Origin: Lachnospiraceae bacterium
Lineage (GTDB): Bacteria > Bacillota > Clostridia > Lachnospirales > Lachnospiraceae
Assembly (NCBI GenBank): GCA_017427415.1
Contig: JAFRSU010000086.1
Span: forward strand, 12,547-76,546
Length of the DNA stretch: 64,000 nucleotides
Reading direction: 5' to 3'
A program made the position numbers and the translations under genes. Shown one piece after another: positions 45,936 to 54,374 of the stretch; the first letter of the stretch is position 1, and each line of letters opens with the position of its first letter. The notes under the pieces are model-generated. The model was not told where the DNA came from. It was given only the letters and a program-made list of their open reading frames with translations, and made no database searches.

Positions 45936-48017
45936 ATGAGCAATTTAAAAGACCTTTTCAAAGACTATTTTACCATAGGTGCGGCATGTGAGATAATCCA
46001 TGATATGTTCACCAACAATGAGATAGGAAATAAAGATAAGGAAAATCTTCTGCTTAAAGAGTTTAACAGCATGACTTTTGCAAATGAGCTTAAGCCTGCT
46101 TACAATATGGGCTGGAACAGCCCCGATGCGACAGAAGAGTATCTGCCGTTTGTTATCAATCCCAATGCTCTTGCCATGCTGCAGTTTGCCAAAAGCAATG
46201 ATATGAAGGTAAGAGGCCATGTTCTTGTATGGCACAGCCAGTGTCCCAAGGAGATATTCTGCAAAGGATATACCCCGGTGACTTTTCCTACCGATCCCGA
46301 AGTACTTAAAACAAGACCTTTCATGAAGAACTTTGAGAAGCTCGATCCTGTATGCTACGTAGATCGTGATACACTCTTAAAACGTCTAGAGAGCTATATC
46401 AATTCGCTTATGAGTTATATGTACGATAACGGTTTTGCCGATACCATATATGCATGGGATGTTGTAAACGAAGCGATAGAGCTTATGGATAAGCAGCCCA
46501 CGGGACTGCGTAACAGCTATTGGTATCAGATCATCGGTGATGATTTTATCTACTGGGCATTTAAGTATGCACGTGCTGCAGTTGACCGTTATTCGGTGTT
46601 CTATGCAGACAGATACGGTATAAAGCCAAGTGATGAAGAAGGATTAAAGGCTATACGTCCCATACTTTTCTATAATGATTACAATGAATTCCAGCCTGAC
46701 AAGAAAAAGGCTATCATAGACATGCTTAACCGCAGTACCGATACACACGGAAGTATCCTGGGTGAGAAGCTCATAGGCGGTATCGGAATGCAGGGACATA
46801 TAAGCGATAACAACGATATAGACGAATATATCGAAGCACTTATGGATTACTCCGCACTTGTAGATGTAGTACATATCACTGAGCTTGATGTTAAATGTAC
46901 CTGCATGAATATCAATGCCGAGTACTACCAGGCAGTATTTTACAAGAAGTTCTTCGAAGCCCTTATAAAGGCAAATGCAAACGGTGCTCATCTTAAAAAT
47001 GTAACCTTATGGGGACTTACCGATGACAACTCATGGATCAGAGGTGCTAATCCGCTTTTATTCCACGGAGATCTGTCACCTAAAAAGTCATATTTCGCAT
47101 TAAAGTTTGCTATAACGGGAGAGACCTTAGGTGAACCTGAAAAGATACAGATCGACCTTTCCGACAGAAAGTACGACTTCGAGCCTGTCGACGGCAAGCC
47201 TGTCGAGCTTAAGGATATCGGATTTAAGACCAGGGGATTCGCTCATATCTCTGTTCAGGATAAATATGCACACAGCGGTTCATATGCGCTTGCACATGAG
47301 ATACGTTTTGATGACTGGAGCGGCATAAGCTTTGATGTATCAGACTTCTTGGGACAGACCATAGATGTCAGCGCATGGGTAAAGAGCCCTGCAGAAGCTG
47401 TATTCTTAAAGGCTGATATTGAAAAGATACTTCCTACCGTAGCAGAGGTCAATACAGGCACCGATGAATGGGTACAGATGCACGGAAGATATAAGCTTCC
47501 TTCGGATTCGGAATCACACTCATTGTTCCTGTTCTTCGGCACTAAGGAGAAAACGGAAGGCAAGTTCAGTGCCATATATGTGGATGATATAGAGATAAAG
47601 CTTGTAGGTCTTGAAGAAAGCTTTGAAGAAGCTTCCAATATAGCATCCATCAGAGGTATGGGACATCTTCCTATCATAACCGTTACGGATAAAGAGTCGG
47701 TAGACGGATATGGGCATTCGCTTTTAGTTACAAGACATGAGAAGGATGCTACCGTTAAGTTCAATATATCATCTTATATAGGTGAGAAGATAAATATAAG
47801 GGCATATGTTAAGACAACAGACAGCGTGATAAGAATGGGTATCGACGGTTCGGAGCCTTTCGTACTTACGGAAACAGAAGCGGATAAGAACGGCTGGACA
47901 CTCGTTGAAGCCTGCACAGTTCTTGACAGTAACATGAATTCCGCAGAGTTCTTTATAGAAACAGACGGAAACGCAGACTACTACATCGATGATATTTTTG
48001 TGACTAAAGCCAGATAA
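45936..48017 (+). CDS. GH10 endo-1,4-beta-xylanase with two C-terminal CBM4_9/CBM22-like modules and no signal peptide
   Basis: GH10 motifs GHVLVWHSQ, WDVVNEA and ITELDV. Two ~140-aa beta-sandwich-like modules end in Y(V/I)DDI. Confidence 0.85.
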   Translation: MSNLKDLFKDYFTIGAACEIIHDMFTNNEIGNKDKENLLLKEFNSMTFANELKPAYNMGWNSPDATEEYLPFVINPNALAMLQFAKSNDMKVRGHVLVWHSQCPKEIFCKGYTPVTFPTDPEVLKTRPFMKNFEKLDPVCYVDRDTLLKRLESYINSLMSYMYDNGFADTIYAWDVVNEAIELMDKQPTGLRNSYWYQIIGDDFIYWAFKYARAAVDRYSVFYADRYGIKPSDEEGLKAIRPILFYNDYNEFQPDKKKAIIDMLNRSTDTHGSILGEKLIGGIGMQGHISDNNDIDEYIEALMDYSALVDVVHITELDVKCTCMNINAEYYQAVFYKKFFEALIKANANGAHLKNVTLWGLTDDNSWIRGANPLLFHGDLSPKKSYFALKFAITGETLGEPEKIQIDLSDRKYDFEPVDGKPVELKDIGFKTRGFAHISVQDKYAHSGSYALAHEIRFDDWSGISFDVSDFLGQTIDVSAWVKSPAEAVFLKADIEKILPTVAEVNTGTDEWVQMHGRYKLPSDSESHSLFLFFGTKEKTEGKFSAIYVDDIEIKLVGLEESFEEASNIASIRGMGHLPIITVTDKESVDGYGHSLLVTRHEKDATVKFNISSYIGEKINIRAYVKTTDSVIRMGIDGSEPFVLTETEADKNGWTLVEACTVLDSNMNSAEFFIETDGNADYYIDDIFVTKAR

Positions 48018-48084
48018 CAGCGAAAATATTGTCATAATTCGCTGTATAACGGCAAATATATTATGATATTTTCAAATTTTTATC

Positions 48085-48113
48085 TTGTTAATGGGTATCC
48101 ATTATGATATAAT
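48085..48113 (+). promoter_or_regulatory. promoter of the SPFH gene
   Basis: TTGTTA, 17 bp, extended -10 TGATATAAT. Confidence 0.55.
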
Positions 48114-48166
48114 GTTTTTCGGATATGAATCCGGGAATGTTTTAATTCGAAAGGAGATTAAAGTAT

Positions 48167-49534
48167 ATGGGACTTATTTCACAGGCACTCGGTGCAATCG
48201 GTAATATAGCAGGCGGTGCTATCAATGCAGGTATGAGTGCGGCAAGCGGAGTTCTTGCAAATCAGTGGAAGGAATTTATCTATTGCGATTCTATTCCGGA
48301 TGATGTTCTTATGGTAAAAGGCAAGAAGCAGATTACCGGCAAGTCATCAAACACTAAGGGCGATGACAACATCATCACCAACGGCAGCGGTATCGTTGTT
48401 AACGACGGACAGTGCATGATCATCGTAGAAAACGGAAAGGTTGTTGAGGTTTGTGCGGAACCCGGTAGGTTTACATATGACACATCTCTTGCACCCAGTA
48501 TTTTCGCAGGCAGCTTCGGTCAGAGCCTTCTTGATTCATTCAAGATGTTCGGACAGCAGTTCGCTTACGGTGGACAGGCAGCAAACGATCAGAGAGTTTA
48601 CTACTTCAATACCAAGGTTATCATGGGCAACAAGTACGGTACACCCGCACCCGTTCCCTTCAGATTAGTTGATTCCAAGATCTTCCTTGACCTTGATATC
48701 ACTATCAGACTTAATGCTATTTATTCATATCGTCTGGTTGATCCGCTTCTTTTCTATACAAAGATCGCAGGCAACGTAAACGATACATTTAGAGCTGCAG
48801 ACCTCGAGCAGCAGTTAAAGAGCGAGATCAGCGGCAAGTTAAATACAGCTCTTGCTAAGATTTCCGCTATGGAGATCAGATATAACGAGCTTCCCGCTCA
48901 TACAGAAGAGATGAGCGAAGCTCTTAAAGAACAGCTCCATCAGAAGTGGGTTGTAGAGAAAGGTATCGAGCTTGTAAGCTTCGATGTTAACTCTGCTAAT
49001 ACCACAGAAGAGAACGAGAAGCTCATCCGTGACGCTCAGGCTGAGGCAAGATATCAGCATGCAGGCCTCGGTGCAGCAGCTCTTACAGCAGCTCAGGCTC
49101 AGGCTCTTAAAGATGCAGCTAAGAACCCCAACGGTGCAGCTAACGCTATGTTCGGTGTAGGCATGATCGGCGGCGGCATGAACGGCGGCATCGGTAACAC
49201 CATCAATGCACTTTATGCTCAGGCTGGTCAGGAACAGGCAGCCGCTGCAGCAGCAGCTCCCGCACCTGCAGCAGTACCCGCAGCCAATGCTTGGAAGTGT
49301 CCTAAGTGCGGCGTAGAGAATACCGGTAACTTCTGTACATCATGTGGTGAGAAGAAGCCAGCTCCTGCTATTGCTTGGAAGTGCCCTAAGTGCGGTAACG
49401 AGAATACCGGTAACTTCTGCCAAAACTGCGGCGAGAAGAAGCCCGAAGCTCCCGCTGAGTGGACATGCGCTAAGTGCGGTGCTGTAAATACCGGTAACTT
49501 CTGCCAGACATGCGGTGAGAAGAAGCCCGAATAA
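48167..49534 (+). CDS. SPFH-domain protein of the COG4260/YdjI type with three C-terminal zinc ribbons
   Basis: The core pattern (IVVNDGQCMIIVENGKV...PGRFTYDT...VYYFNT...GT..PVPF, then a coiled region) is typical of COG4260. The tail carries 3x W(K/T)C(P/A)KCG..NTGNFC..CGEKKP. Confidence 0.75.
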   Translation: MGLISQALGAIGNIAGGAINAGMSAASGVLANQWKEFIYCDSIPDDVLMVKGKKQITGKSSNTKGDDNIITNGSGIVVNDGQCMIIVENGKVVEVCAEPGRFTYDTSLAPSIFAGSFGQSLLDSFKMFGQQFAYGGQAANDQRVYYFNTKVIMGNKYGTPAPVPFRLVDSKIFLDLDITIRLNAIYSYRLVDPLLFYTKIAGNVNDTFRAADLEQQLKSEISGKLNTALAKISAMEIRYNELPAHTEEMSEALKEQLHQKWVVEKGIELVSFDVNSANTTEENEKLIRDAQAEARYQHAGLGAAALTAAQAQALKDAAKNPNGAANAMFGVGMIGGGMNGGIGNTINALYAQAGQEQAAAAAAAPAPAAVPAANAWKCPKCGVENTGNFCTSCGEKKPAPAIAWKCPKCGNENTGNFCQNCGEKKPEAPAEWTCAKCGAVNTGNFCQTCGEKKPE

Positions 49535-49553
49535 TTATAATGTGAATTTACTT

Positions 49554-49589
49554 CAAATAGCCTCAGGATTGTGGTCTTGAGGCTATTTG
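49554..49589 (+). terminator. hairpin after the SPFH gene (weak T-tract; possible attenuating terminator)
   Basis: The CAAATAGCCTCAGGA and TCTTGAGGCTATTTG arms are separated by the 6-nt loop TTGTGG, with one mismatch. Confidence 0.5.
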
Positions 49590-49624
49590 TAAGTATTTAC
49601 TAAATATTTTCAAGGAGAATCAAA

Positions 49625-50710
49625 ATGGGTTTACAGGAATACAGATGTCCGTGTTGCGGCGGTTCCATGGAGTTTAACAGTACCGTCGGCAAAATGAAGT
49701 GTCCTTTCTGTGACACAGAATTTGAAATGGAATCCTTAAAGGATCTGGACCAGGCACTCGACAAGGAAGAGCCCGAGTCCATGACCTGGAACTCTTATGA
49801 AGGCCAGAGCTGGAGCGGAGAAGATATGACCGGCATGGCAGCTTATCATTGTAAGTCCTGCGGTGCAGAGATAGTTACGGCTGAGACAACTGCGGCTTCA
49901 GCATGTCCTTTCTGCGGCAATCCCATCGTAATGATGAATAATTTTGCAGGCAATCTCAAACCTGATTTTATCATACCCTTTAAACTTGACAAAAACGCTG
50001 CAAAAGAAGCACTTACCAAGCATTTCCAGGGTAAGAAGCTGCTTCCTTCCGCATTCTCGTCACAGAACCATATCGATGAGGTTACAGGTGTATATGTACC
50101 TTTCTGGCTCTTTAATTCGGGTGCGGATGCAGATATAAGATATAAATGTACTAAGGTAAGACGCTGGAGCGATAATGATTACAATTATAAGGAGACTAAG
50201 TATTATACGGTTCTCCGTTCCGGTTCGCTTGCTTTTGAGAATATCCCGGTAGATGCTTCAAAGAAAATGGCGGACGACCTGATGGATTCGCTTGAGCCGT
50301 TTAAGTTTGAAGAGAAAAAAGATTTTATGACAGCTTACCTTTCAGGATATCTGGCTGATAAGTATGATGTGTCCGCCGATGAAAGTGTTGAGCGTGCCAA
50401 TCTGCGTATTAAGAACAGTACGATAGAGCAGTTCAGAAGTACGGTAAAGAACTATGATACCGTAGAGACCGAGAACTCCAATATAAGACTGAAGGACGGT
50501 TCATATAAGTACGTACTTCTTCCTATGTGGATACTTAATACCTCATGGAACGGACAGAAGTTCGTATTCGGTATGAACGGACAGACCGGTAAATTTGTCG
50601 GCAACCTGCCGATGGATAAGGGCAAGTTCTGGAAGTACTTCCTGATGTATTTTGCCATAACGGCTGTTATCGTATTTATCATTGCATTCTTCTTATTCAA
50701 GAATCAATAA
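49625..50710 (+). CDS. double zinc-ribbon protein with C-terminal TM anchor (YdjG-like)
   Basis: CPCCGG...CPFCDT and CKSCGA...CPFCGN ribbons, with a C-terminal hydrophobic helix. It is paralogous to the 56173-57786 protein. Confidence 0.7.
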   Translation: MGLQEYRCPCCGGSMEFNSTVGKMKCPFCDTEFEMESLKDLDQALDKEEPESMTWNSYEGQSWSGEDMTGMAAYHCKSCGAEIVTAETTAASACPFCGNPIVMMNNFAGNLKPDFIIPFKLDKNAAKEALTKHFQGKKLLPSAFSSQNHIDEVTGVYVPFWLFNSGADADIRYKCTKVRRWSDNDYNYKETKYYTVLRSGSLAFENIPVDASKKMADDLMDSLEPFKFEEKKDFMTAYLSGYLADKYDVSADESVERANLRIKNSTIEQFRSTVKNYDTVETENSNIRLKDGSYKYVLLPMWILNTSWNGQKFVFGMNGQTGKFVGNLPMDKGKFWKYFLMYFAITAVIVFIIAFFLFKNQ

Positions 50711-50735
50711 AGAGCTTTAAGAAAGGAGCATGAAA

Positions 50736-50966
50736 ATGGATCTTGCATATCCGATCATCATAGCCATAGTGGTAGGACTGATAGTTGCATTTGTGCTTAC
50801 ATCGGGCTTAAGAGCAGAGTTAAAGTCCGTACATCAGGCTACACAGGCTAATATCTATATAAAACAAGGCAGTTTTAACTTATCTAACGAACAGGATCTA
50901 TACATATGTACGAGAGTGGAAAAAACAGCCAAGCCGAAGCCCCAGCAGCAACAGCAGCAGCGGTAA
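50736..50966 (+). CDS. small TM protein with poly-Q tail
   Basis: GGAG lies 7 nt before ATG 50736 (ATG 50730 is too close to the SD). One TM helix; the protein ends PKPQQQQQQR. Confidence 0.5.
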   Translation: MDLAYPIIIAIVVGLIVAFVLTSGLRAELKSVHQATQANIYIKQGSFNLSNEQDLYICTRVEKTAKPKPQQQQQQR

Positions 50967-50971
50967 AGCCT

Positions 50972-51415
50972 ATGCGTAAGGCTGTATGTTATGTGGACGG
51001 AAGCTTTAATCCGGAGGCAGGAAAGTATGCTTACGGATGTATAATGCTTCATGATGACGGCTCGACCGAAGAGTACTGCGGCTCGGGTGACAGGCCCGAT
51101 GCTCTGCAGCAAAGAAATGTAGCCGGTGAAATGATAGCTTCCATGCTGGCTGTAAAGCTTGCTCTACTTAGAGGCTACGAAGAGCTTCTCATATGTTATG
51201 ACTACTCGGGTATAGAGTGTTGGGTGACCGGTGCCTGGAAGGCAAAAAACGAGCTTACAAGAAGCTACCGTGACTGGATGAGAGCACACGAGAAGGATAT
51301 AAAGATATCCTTCAAAAAGGTTGAAGCTCATTCAAATGACAAATATAATGATATGGCTGATAAACTAGCCAAACAGGGACTATTAAAGGATCCGGGATTC
51401 CCGGAATTAAAGTGA
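50972..51415 (+). CDS. RNase H (type 1) fold protein, minimal form
   Basis: Candidate DEDD carboxylates in CYVDGS, GEMIA, CYDYSG and NDMADKLA. The start is ambiguous: ATG 50972 (5 nt after the previous stop) or ATG 50906 (a 61-nt overlap). Confidence 0.65.
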   Translation: MRKAVCYVDGSFNPEAGKYAYGCIMLHDDGSTEEYCGSGDRPDALQQRNVAGEMIASMLAVKLALLRGYEELLICYDYSGIECWVTGAWKAKNELTRSYRDWMRAHEKDIKISFKKVEAHSNDKYNDMADKLAKQGLLKDPGFPELK

Positions 51416-51433
51416 AACTAACGGAGGTCAGAT

Positions 51434-52393
51434 ATGTGTCCTGCAGATGATCTGTTTGATATTATAGAACCGGATGATAAAGGTTCAACTGAAAATAAAG
51501 ATTTTGTACAGTATGAAAGCTTCCTTCAGGGTCTTGATTTTATTGACGGACTGCCTGATGACGAAGACGGTGAAACAGAGGGTGAGGATGAAATATTGAT
51601 CGATGATGATATTTCGGGAAGTGCATCCGATGATACTCAAGCCGATGATATTATTTCCGGTGATATCATTGCTGATGAGTCAGATATGCAGGAAGCTATT
51701 CCTGATAGCAGTTTAAACTCCGAAATAGCCATCCGGTCCGATATTCCTGAAACTACTGAAGATTCATTTGCATTCGCATCCAATTTTGTGGCAAATGCCA
51801 TGGAATCCGACGGAACTTCTATTGATGATGAAACAAGCGGGGATGACCTGACTGACGAAGGTATTGAAACCGAGGATGAAGATGATATGACTGATTATGG
51901 CAATGAATCAGAGGATGATACAGAATACGAAGAAGCCGACGACCAGGAAGACATGATGATCGTTACGGAAGGTACCATGATCACCGGTTCTATCGCAACA
52001 GACAGATCACTATTGGTACTCGGTACCATAAACGGGGATATCAATTGTGAAGGAAAGCTTACCATATCCGGTACTGTTACTGGCAATTCATTTGCAACGG
52101 ATGTATTTATAAACGATCAGAGGACAGAAGGAAATATCACTTGTACGGGTATAGTAAAGATAGGCCAGGGCAGTGTTATAATCGGTGACATCACAGCGGG
52201 TGCGGCTGCTATAGCCGGAGCCGTAAAAGGCAACCTCGATGTCAAGGGCCCTGTTATCCTTGATTCTACTGCAGTTATCAAGGGAAATATCAAGGCCAAG
52301 TCCGTGCAGCTCATAAACGGTGCAGTTCTTGAAGGCTTCTGTTCATTAGAAGAATATTCCAATTCAAATATGGACGAGATATTTAAAGCTTGA
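51434..52393 (+). CDS. bactofilin (polymer-forming cytoskeletal protein) with long acidic N-terminal extension
   Basis: GGAGG lies 7 nt upstream. The C-terminal beta-helix repeats I.G.I......L.V.G.V.G.I... are typical of bactofilin (DUF583). The N-terminal ~170 aa are D/E-rich. Confidence 0.85.
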   Translation: MCPADDLFDIIEPDDKGSTENKDFVQYESFLQGLDFIDGLPDDEDGETEGEDEILIDDDISGSASDDTQADDIISGDIIADESDMQEAIPDSSLNSEIAIRSDIPETTEDSFAFASNFVANAMESDGTSIDDETSGDDLTDEGIETEDEDDMTDYGNESEDDTEYEEADDQEDMMIVTEGTMITGSIATDRSLLVLGTINGDINCEGKLTISGTVTGNSFATDVFINDQRTEGNITCTGIVKIGQGSVIIGDITAGAAAIAGAVKGNLDVKGPVILDSTAVIKGNIKAKSVQLINGAVLEGFCSLEEYSNSNMDEIFKA

Positions 52394-52395
52394 TA

Positions 52396-52455
52396 GTGTC
52401 ATCCCGAGCTAGGTCGAAGTGACTTTGCGGCATAGGACATACAGCGAAGGATCAT
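52396..52455. repeat. split GTCATCC...AGCGAAGGATC family copy
   Basis: GTGTCATCCCGAGC, then about 30 nt, then CAGCGAAGGATCAT. Confidence 0.5.
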
Positions 52456-52492
52456 ATAAAAAATAGTAACTAAATGCGAAAGGGAAACAAAA

Positions 52493-53212
52493 ATGGGAAA
52501 GTACAAGAGAGTATTACTTAAATTCAGCGGAGAAGCGCTTGCAGGTGACAAAAAGCAGGGCTTTGATGAGGCTACCTGCATATCAGTAGCTGAACAGGTA
52601 AAAAGAATCGTAGATGAAGGTGTACAGGTAGCTGTAGTTATCGGCGGCGGCAACTTCTGGAGAGGCAGGGACAGCGAGACCATCGACAGATTTAAGGCTG
52701 ACCAGATAGGTATGCTTGCTACGGTCATGAACTGCGTATATGTATCTGAGATATTCAGATTTGTCGGCATGAAGACTTCAATCTATACTCCTTATACTTT
52801 CGGAGATATATCAGAGCTGTTTACCAAGGACAGGGCTGTAAGCGACTTGGAGGCAGGAAAGGTTATATTCTTGGCCGGCGGTACAGGACATCCTTACTTC
52901 TCGACAGATACAGCTACCGCGCTTAGAGCTGTCGAACTTAACTGCGACATCATACTTATGGCTAAGAACTTTACAGGTGAGGGTATCGAAGGAGTTTACT
53001 CCGCTGATCCCGCAAAAGATCCGTCCGCAATTAAATATGATACTATATCCCTAGAGGAAGTATTCCAGAAGAAGCTTAAGGTTATCGATACAAGTGCTAC
53101 AGTAGTATGTATGGAAAACAAGATGCCGTTATTGATATTTAAGCTTAACAGACCTAATGGTATCTATGATAATGCAACCGGCACTTGCACAGGTACTATC
53201 GTTACTGCTTGA
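52493..53212 (+). CDS. pyrH: UMP kinase
   Basis: KRVLLKFSGEAL, VIGGGNFWRG and GGTGHPYFSTDT. Confidence 0.95.
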   Translation: MGKYKRVLLKFSGEALAGDKKQGFDEATCISVAEQVKRIVDEGVQVAVVIGGGNFWRGRDSETIDRFKADQIGMLATVMNCVYVSEIFRFVGMKTSIYTPYTFGDISELFTKDRAVSDLEAGKVIFLAGGTGHPYFSTDTATALRAVELNCDIILMAKNFTGEGIEGVYSADPAKDPSAIKYDTISLEEVFQKKLKVIDTSATVVCMENKMPLLIFKLNRPNGIYDNATGTCTGTIVTA

Positions 53213-53225
53213 TAAAGGATTTAAC

Positions 53226-53603
53226 ATGAATAAAAAACTATGCTACATTCTGAATATTATGATGTCTTTAATCACTACGTTCGTATTCCTTGTTAAAAAC
53301 GGAATAATTGAACTTAGCATGTTTGTAGAGACGTCAAAATATGGATTAAAAGAGTATTCTGCCGGCTTTGTTTCTGCCATTAAAACGACGCAGATAATCC
53401 TTGGCATATTATGTTTGGTATTGTGTATATATACTGTTTTGGTTTCAAAAGGAATGAGGAACCTAAAAAACATAGCCATTACACTATGTATCATATGTTT
53501 GGCGGCCAACTTTATCGGACCTATGTTTATGGGCAGTCTGACTATCTTTTGTTATTTACATATTGCCGGTTCAATATTGTTATTCATTCCGACCAAAGAA
53601 TGA
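53226..53603 (+). CDS. four-TM small membrane protein of unknown function
   Basis: ATG 53226 lies 11 nt after the pyrH stop. There are four hydrophobic segments. The ORF-track 53157 start overlaps pyrH. Confidence 0.55.
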   Translation: MNKKLCYILNIMMSLITTFVFLVKNGIIELSMFVETSKYGLKEYSAGFVSAIKTTQIILGILCLVLCIYTVLVSKGMRNLKNIAITLCIICLAANFIGPMFMGSLTIFCYLHIAGSILLFIPTKE

Positions 53604-53687
53604 TTAAATATTAAGAAAAATCTTGAATAAAAAGACAATCTTTAGTATTATATTTATAATGAAATTTATAGGAGGTAGGTATTTACA

Positions 53688-54242
53688 ATGGATGAGAGAA
53701 TTAAGGTTTATGACGAAAAAATGCAGAAGACTATCGAGTTTTTAGAGGAAGATTATGCATCGATCAGAGCAGGTCGTGCAAATCCCCATCTGCTTGATAA
53801 GATCAAGGTTGACTATTATGGCACACCTTCAGGCCTTAATGCAGTAGCTAATATCTCTGTACCTGAGGCACGTATTATCCAGATACAGCCTTGGGAAGCA
53901 AAGATGGTAAAGGAGATCAGCAAGGCTATACTTGCATCTGACTTAGGTATCACACCTACAGATGACGGGCGTGTGATCCGTCTGGTATTCCCCGAGCTTA
54001 CAGAGGACAGACGTAAGGAACTTGCAAAAGACATCAAGAAGAAGGGCGAGAATGCCAAGGTAGCCGTAAGAAACGTAAGACGTGATGCAAACGAAGCTAT
54101 AAAGAAGCTTGGTAAGTCAGGCGAGATCTCAGAGGATGTACAGAAGCAGATTGAAGACGAGATCAACAAGATGACAGAGAAGTACTGTGACAACTGCGAC
54201 AAGCTTTCCGAAGCTAAGACCAAGGAGATCATGACAGTATAA
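53688..54242 (+). CDS. frr: ribosome recycling factor
   Basis: IRAGRANPHLLD and EDRRKELAK...VAVRNVRRDAN. Confidence 0.95.
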   Translation: MDERIKVYDEKMQKTIEFLEEDYASIRAGRANPHLLDKIKVDYYGTPSGLNAVANISVPEARIIQIQPWEAKMVKEISKAILASDLGITPTDDGRVIRLVFPELTEDRRKELAKDIKKKGENAKVAVRNVRRDANEAIKKLGKSGEISEDVQKQIEDEINKMTEKYCDNCDKLSEAKTKEIMTV

Positions 54243-54248
54243 TGTCTC

Positions 54249-54305
54249 TATAGGGGGAAGGCCCCCTTATCGATGTAAAGTATTAAAGGGGTCAGGCCCC
54301 TTATA
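54249..54305. repeat. two tandem GGGG-loop-CCCC hairpin family copies
   Basis: TATAGGGGGAAGGCCCCCTTAT (54249-54270) and TAAAGGGGTCAGGCCCCTTATA (54284-54305). Confidence 0.65.
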
Positions 54306-54335
54306 GACACAGAGGAGTCCGTCTCTTCTGTGTCT
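54305..54335 (+). terminator. third hairpin in the frr-uppS spacer
   Basis: AGACACAGAGGAG-TCCGT-CTCTTCTGTGTCT (one mismatch), followed by TGTATTG. Confidence 0.45.
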
Positions 54336-54374
54336 TGTATTGTAAGATAAAAGCTTTTTTACAGGTGATATATT

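Noticed and set aside
50736-50966. Resemblance between the 76-aa TM protein and the TM-plus-tail region of the TPM protein (57767-58564), which would suggest a TPM-less version of the same component.
   Set aside because: Only the architecture matches (a TM helix followed by a short polar segment and a low-complexity tail). I cannot see convincing residue-level similarity by eye, so a profile comparison is needed.
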